This document shows, piece by piece, positions 58,751 to 64,000 of a stretch of DNA of 64,000 bases. Made by a program: the position numbers and the translations under genes. Position 1 is the first letter of the stretch; every line of letters begins with the position of its first letter. The DNA is from Torpedo marmorata (Eukaryota). The notes beneath the pieces are model-generated. The model ran no database searches and had not been told where the DNA came from. It saw only the letters and a program-made list of their open reading frames with translations. The stretch is from positions 129,270,001-129,334,000 of the forward strand of contig OZ360227.1 of NCBI GenBank assembly GCA_977017645.1, given 5' to 3'.

Positions 58751-61700
58751 TTTTTTTGAATATTTTATTTTTTTCCATTTTTCACAAAAAATAATTGACA
58801 ATATCAACACAATCATACAATTTCCAATTATTAACAACATTATTATTAAGTTTCCCATCCCTGCCCCCCCCAACTGAAAAAGAAAAACAGAACCTAAAAA
58901 CAAAAATAAAACATATAAATAAAAAGAAAAGAAAACTAAACGTACCGTCAGTGCTTTCATTGCTTTTTCGACCTTTTTGGGGACGTCACACCGTTAATTT
59001 TTTTTTTATACATTGCATTATGCTGTACCTTAGAGTTTGAATTATAACTGGACCCCAATATACTCCAGGTATGGTTACCACACCTTAACAAATGTATCGT
59101 ATTTATTCCTAATATTATATGTAATTTTCTCCATGGGAATACAGCTGTGCATTTCTGCTGACCATCGAGTGATAAGAAGGGGGGAGTCGGACTTCCAAGT
59201 TATTGCTATACATTTCTTTGCCACGGACAAAGCAACTTTTACAAATTCAATTTGAAATTTAGATAATTTGTAGCTTATGTCCATTAGATTTCCTAAAAGA
59301 TACAACTCCGGGTCCAGCGGAAAGTTTACCCCTGTAATTCTAGTTCATGTATTAGATATATCATGCCAAAAGGGGCGTACCTTTATGCAGGACCAGGTAG
59401 AGTGCAAAAAGGTTCCAATTTCTACACCACATCTGAAACACATTTCCGATATTTCGGGTTTTGATTTGTGTAACTTTTGTGGTGTAAGATATAATTGATG
59501 TAAGAAGTTATAATGGATCAGTCTGTATCTAGCATTAATAACCGCCGTCATACTATGCCCACACCAGTCTGACCAGCAACGTTCATGAATTGTTTTACCC
59601 AGGTCTGACTCCAACCTCTCCCTTGATCTATGTATACCTGTCTTAGGGCTTTCACTCTGTAGGACAAAGTACATTCTGGATGTGAATTTAAGTGAATTTC
59701 CCAGTCGAAGTATCTGCTTCACCTCATTGCTTATAGGTGGGGCCATTGTAGGGCCCCTCCTTTCTCGCAAGAAGGATTTCAATTGGAGAAAACAGTAAAA
59801 GATTCTGTTGGAGAAATCATATTTAACTCTAAGTTGTTCGAAGGACATGAGTTGTTCATTGTCATCGCAATCCTCAATATAACGAATCCCCTTTTGGTAC
59901 CAATTTACCCATATTTTATTGCCCAAATTCATGGGTATAAGTTTGTTTTGAAACAGAGGTGTTTTGGGAGATATTCCCACTTTTCCTCCAATACAGTCAT
60001 TAAGTTCTTTCCAGAATTTAACTGTATGTTTCAAAATGGAATTATCCGTTCTTTTTGATATTATCTTAGTATTCCATTTGTAAACAAAGTCCTTAGCTAT
60101 TTTCTCCCCTATAGCGTTTAGTCCAATTTGGACCCATGGAGGGATATCAGCCTCCTCAAAAAAGGATAAAAGAAACCTCAACTGGGCTGCTAAATAGTAC
60201 TTCTTAAAATCCGGTAACCGTAGGCCCCCCAGTTTATAATCCCACGTCAGCTTTTCATGGAGATTCTGGAAATTTTGCCATTCCAAATAAACTGTCTTAC
60301 ACATCCATTGAGTGTTTTGAAAAAAGTTTGTGGCAAAGGTATAGGTAGAGATTGAAAAAGATATTGGAGTTTTGGCATCACCACCATTTTGATACAGTTT
60401 ACCCTGCCCACTAATGTAATGGGCAGGCTTCTCCATCTGAGTAAATCGTCCTCGATCTTTCCAAGCATCGGGAGGTAGTTAAGTTTGTACAAATTCTGTA
60501 AATTATTGTCAATCATTATCCCTAGATATTTCATACCTTCTAGTTGGCATTTAAAGCAACTCCCCTGTTGATATTTTCTATGGTCAAATTTCATAAGTGG
60601 CATAATTTCACTTTTGTCTATGTTTATTTTATATCCTGAAATCATACCATAATCCTCCAGTGTAGTCTGCAATTTGGTCAAAGACTCAGCCGGTTCTGTT
60701 AGATATAACAATATGTCATCTGAAAACAAGTTAATTTTGTGATCCACGTGATCCACCTTGAAACCCTTTATTTCTGGATCCCTCCTGATAGTCTCCGCCA
60801 AAGGTTCGATTGCTCGCACAAAAAGCCCTGGAGGCAGTGGACAACCCTGCCTGCTAGATCTACTCAATGAAAATGTCGATGATATTTGCCCATTTGTTAT
60901 AATTTTGGCCTGAGGTTTATGATAAAGTGTTTTTACCCATTGGACAAATGATTGTCCCAGTCCAAACTTTTCGAGTACATTAAATAAAAAAGGCCATTCC
61001 AACCTATCAAAAGCTTTTTCCACGTCTAGAGACACGGCTATGCTTGGGTTTATTTTGGATTGTACCAAATATATTATACTAAGTAATCTACCCAAGTTAT
61101 TGGCAGAGTGTCTCCTCTTCACAAACCCAACCTAATCCGAATTTATCAATTTTGGTAAATATTGACCTAATCTGTTAGCCAATGCTTTGGCTACTATCTT
61201 ATAATCAGCATTTAACAATGAAATAGGTCTATATGAGGACGGCTTTAGTGGGTCTCTATTTTTCTTAGGTATGACCGTAATGATAGCTGTTGAAAAGGAT
61301 TCCGGGAGAGTCTGTGTCTCTGCTGCCCGATTGACCACATCCATAATAAGAGGCATCAACAGATCTTTGAATTCTTTGTAGAATTCGGGCGGGAAACCAT
61401 CCTCCCCCGGTGATTTATTAGTAAACACGAAAATCTGTAGACACCGTGGTTAGAGTAAAAAACACAAAAGCTGGAGAACTCAGCAGGTCAAACAGTGTCT
61501 TTTATGTAGCAAAGGTAGAAATACATAACCGACGTTTCAGGCTTGAGCCCTTCTTCAAAGGTGATTTATTAGTTTGTAATGTACTCAAGGCTTTTTTGAT
61601 CTCCTCTCTGGAGAAAGGGGAATTTAATTTTGCCTGGTCATCTTGGTCCAATCTGGGCAAATCGACCTTAGACAAAAAATCATCTATCTTAGTTAAATCT

Positions 61701-62254
61701 CGAGGTAACTCCGATTTGTATAATTCTGTGTAGAACTGCTTAAATGTGTCATTTATCTCTCTCGGGTTATATGTTATTTTATCTGGCTCTGATTCAATCG
61801 CATTAATTATCCTCGATCTCTCCTCTGCCTTCAATTGACAAGCCAGGACCTTATGGGCTCTTTCGCCCAGTTCATAATATTTTTGCTTGGATCTCAAAAT
61901 AGTTTTCTCCACTTGGTATGTCTGTAAAGTATTATATTTAAGTTTTTTGTTTACCAGAATTTTGTATTTTTCCTTTGAGCCGGATTGTTGATATTCCTTT
62001 TCCAACTCCAGAATTTCTCGTTCTAGGTCATTTACTTATGCCAAATATTTTTTTTAACATTTTTGGTGTACGAAATTATTTGCCCCCTCAAATAAGCCTT
62101 CAGAGTATCCCATATTAAAAAGCTATTATTAGTGGAGGGGCAATTTGTTTCACAGAACAAATTTATCTGACCCCTTATAAAGTTACAAAAGTCTGTCCTT
62201 TTCAACAGCGTAGGGTTAAGGTGCCATCTATATACACTTGCCTGTTTTTTTGGC
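58751..62254 (-). mobile_element. 5'-truncated L1/Tx1 LINE, ORF2 with frameshifts
   Basis: Motifs KSPGEDGFPPEFY, YRPISLLNADYKI, SLDVEKAFDRLEW, RQGCPL, LFSDD and CFRC..GTFLHSTWSC. Poly-T at ~58750. 16-bp TSD TCCTGTGGCATT(C/G)CTT (58735-58750 / 62255-62270). Confidence 0.93.
61423..61559 (-). mobile_element. Standalone Penelope terminal unit inserted in L1 ORF2
   Basis: Same ~140-bp unit as 56085..56224; 14-bp TSD GGTGATTTATTAGT (61409-61422 / 61560-61573). Confidence 0.92.
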
Positions 62255-62728
62255 TCCTGTGGCATTGCTTATAGAAAATGAGAATAACAAAAGACGGATT
62301 TTTCTTCTTTATACTATTCACCCCTCCTGACCAAAATCTGGCATTGGTGCTCTGCTTGTCATTCAGTGAATCCATCATTGTCTCTCTCTGGTCATTAGTA
62401 AAGGTCAAATCTTTATATGATACAGGCTTAGCTCCAGGCAAGTTCTGGCTAAGCCCAATTGCTGATGCAGGCCCACTTTTAATCACTTCAACTCAAAAAT
62501 TGAGATTTTCTCAGTATAAGTTGGGGTGGTGGAGTGGAATCAAGACCCTTGCCTCTCACTCCCCTGCCATTTCTTCCTTAGAATCAAATTCAGTATCTAC
62601 CACTCTCTCTGCTTTTCCCTTTGTTCTTACTTTCTGGTCCTTTTATGCTACCAGGATATTATAGAAGATGCTGCTAGTGTGTGGCTAACCACAGGCAGGA
62701 GATTGGAACAGAAACCAGGTAACAAGAT

Positions 62729-64000
62729 AATAGAACATAGAACGTTGAACATAGAACTTTACAGCACATTACAGGCTCTTCAGCCCACAATGTTGTTCTG
62801 ACATATATAAAACTATTCAACAAACTAAACCTTGTCTACCTCACATCCATAACCCTCTATTTTTCTTGCATCCATGTGTCTGTCTAAGAGTCTTTTAAGT
62901 GGCCCCGTTGAACCAGTCTCCACTACCACCCATGGCAATGCATTCCAGGCACCCGCTACTCTCTGTGTTTTATTTAAAAAAACCTTACCCTTGATGACTC
63001 CCCTAACCTTGTACAGATGTCCTCTGGTGTTTGCTAGCCTTGCCCTGGGATAAAGGTGTTGTCTGTCTACCCTATCTATGCCTCTTATAATCTTGCAGAC
63101 TTCTATTAAGTCACCTCTCATCCTTCTTCACTCCAAAGAGAAATGCCCTAGCACTGTCAACCTTGCTTCATAAGACATGTTCTCTAATCCAGGCAACTTC
63201 CTGGTAAATCTCCTCTGCACGGTATGTTACATTCTAAATGTAGTATTACGTGACAATAATGGAACCTTTACCTTTACCTTTACCTTCTCCATGGCTTTCA
63301 CATCCTTCCTGTGATGAGGTGACCAGAATTGAACATAATATTCCAAGTATGGTCTCACCAGAGATTTATAGAGCTGCAGCATCCCCTCATGACTCTTGAA
63401 CTCAATCCCCGACTAATGAAGGCCAGCATATCATAAATCTTCTTAACTACCCTATCAACCTGGCAGCAACCTTGAGAGATCTATGGATTTGGACCCCAAG
63501 GTCCTTCTGTTCTTCCACACTGTTAAGAATCCTGCCATTAACCATGTACTCAGCCTTCAAGTTTGACCTTCCAAAATGCATCACTTCAAACTTATCCGGA
63601 TTGAACTCCATCTGCCACTTTTCTGCCCAATTCTGCATCCTTTCTATATCCTGTTGTAATCTTCAACACTATTGACAACACCTCCAACCTTCGTGTCATC
63701 TGCAAACTTACTGACCCATCCCTCCACTTCTTCATACAGGTCATTTATAAAAATCACAAAGAGCAGGGGTCTCAGAACAAATCCCTGTGGAACTCCACTA
63801 GCCACTCACCTCCAGGCAGAATACATTCCATCTACAGCTACCCTCTGCTTTCTGCAGGCAAGCCAATTCTGAATCCACACAGCTAAGGTTCCATGGATCC
63901 ATTTCTCATAACTTTCTGAATGAGTCCACTCTGGTTGACCACACTTGGAATATTGTGTTCAGTTCTGGTCACCTCATCACAGGAATGAGTCCAGTGCTTA
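62729..64000 (-). mobile_element. CR1-clade LINE 3' portion
   Basis: KFADDT (~63700), WAEKWQMEFNPDK and RGDLIEV..IIRGIDRVD; (TTCTATG)n-like tail at 62729-62757. Confidence 0.88.
63222..63285 (+). mobile_element. 3' tail fragment of the tRNA-Thr SINE family inserted in CR1
   Basis: TATGTTACATTCTAAATGTAGTATTACGTGACAATAATGGAA(CCTTTA)3 matches the tail of 54042..54238. Confidence 0.85.

Overview
Eukaryotic, repeat-dense vertebrate DNA. It is most likely from a cartilaginous fish, inferred from the mix of HE1/V-SINE-like SINEs, CR1, Rex1/Babar, L1/Tx1 and Penelope-like elements. The only host gene I can support is the first coding exon of ceramide synthase 6 (CERS6; 36948..37117, + strand, missed by the ORF track). 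Everything downstream appears to be intron 1, and I did not recognise exon 2. Upstream lie three LTR-flanked Gypsy retrotransposons with matching target-site duplications (TSDs): a young Mag-type element that lacks a tRNA primer-binding site (PBS) and has a self-complementary one instead, an older Steamer-like element with three nested insertions, and a Gmr1-like element (integrase before RT) whose RT core is deleted. The rest is LINE fragments, SINEs, two Penelope-like elements, DNA-transposon MITEs and a solo LTR. Most notable: (i) candidate tRNA-independent self-priming in the Mag-type element; (ii) ~140-bp TSD-flanked mobile units made only of the hammerhead-ribozyme-like Penelope terminus; (iii) a SINE with a nearly intact tRNA-Thr(UGU) head and a Rex1-like tail; (iv) transcription-factor motif clusters (ZNF143, YY1/ETS, NRF1) carried by transposons. 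All calls come from reading the sequence by eye; no searches were run, so family names and novelty need database confirmation.
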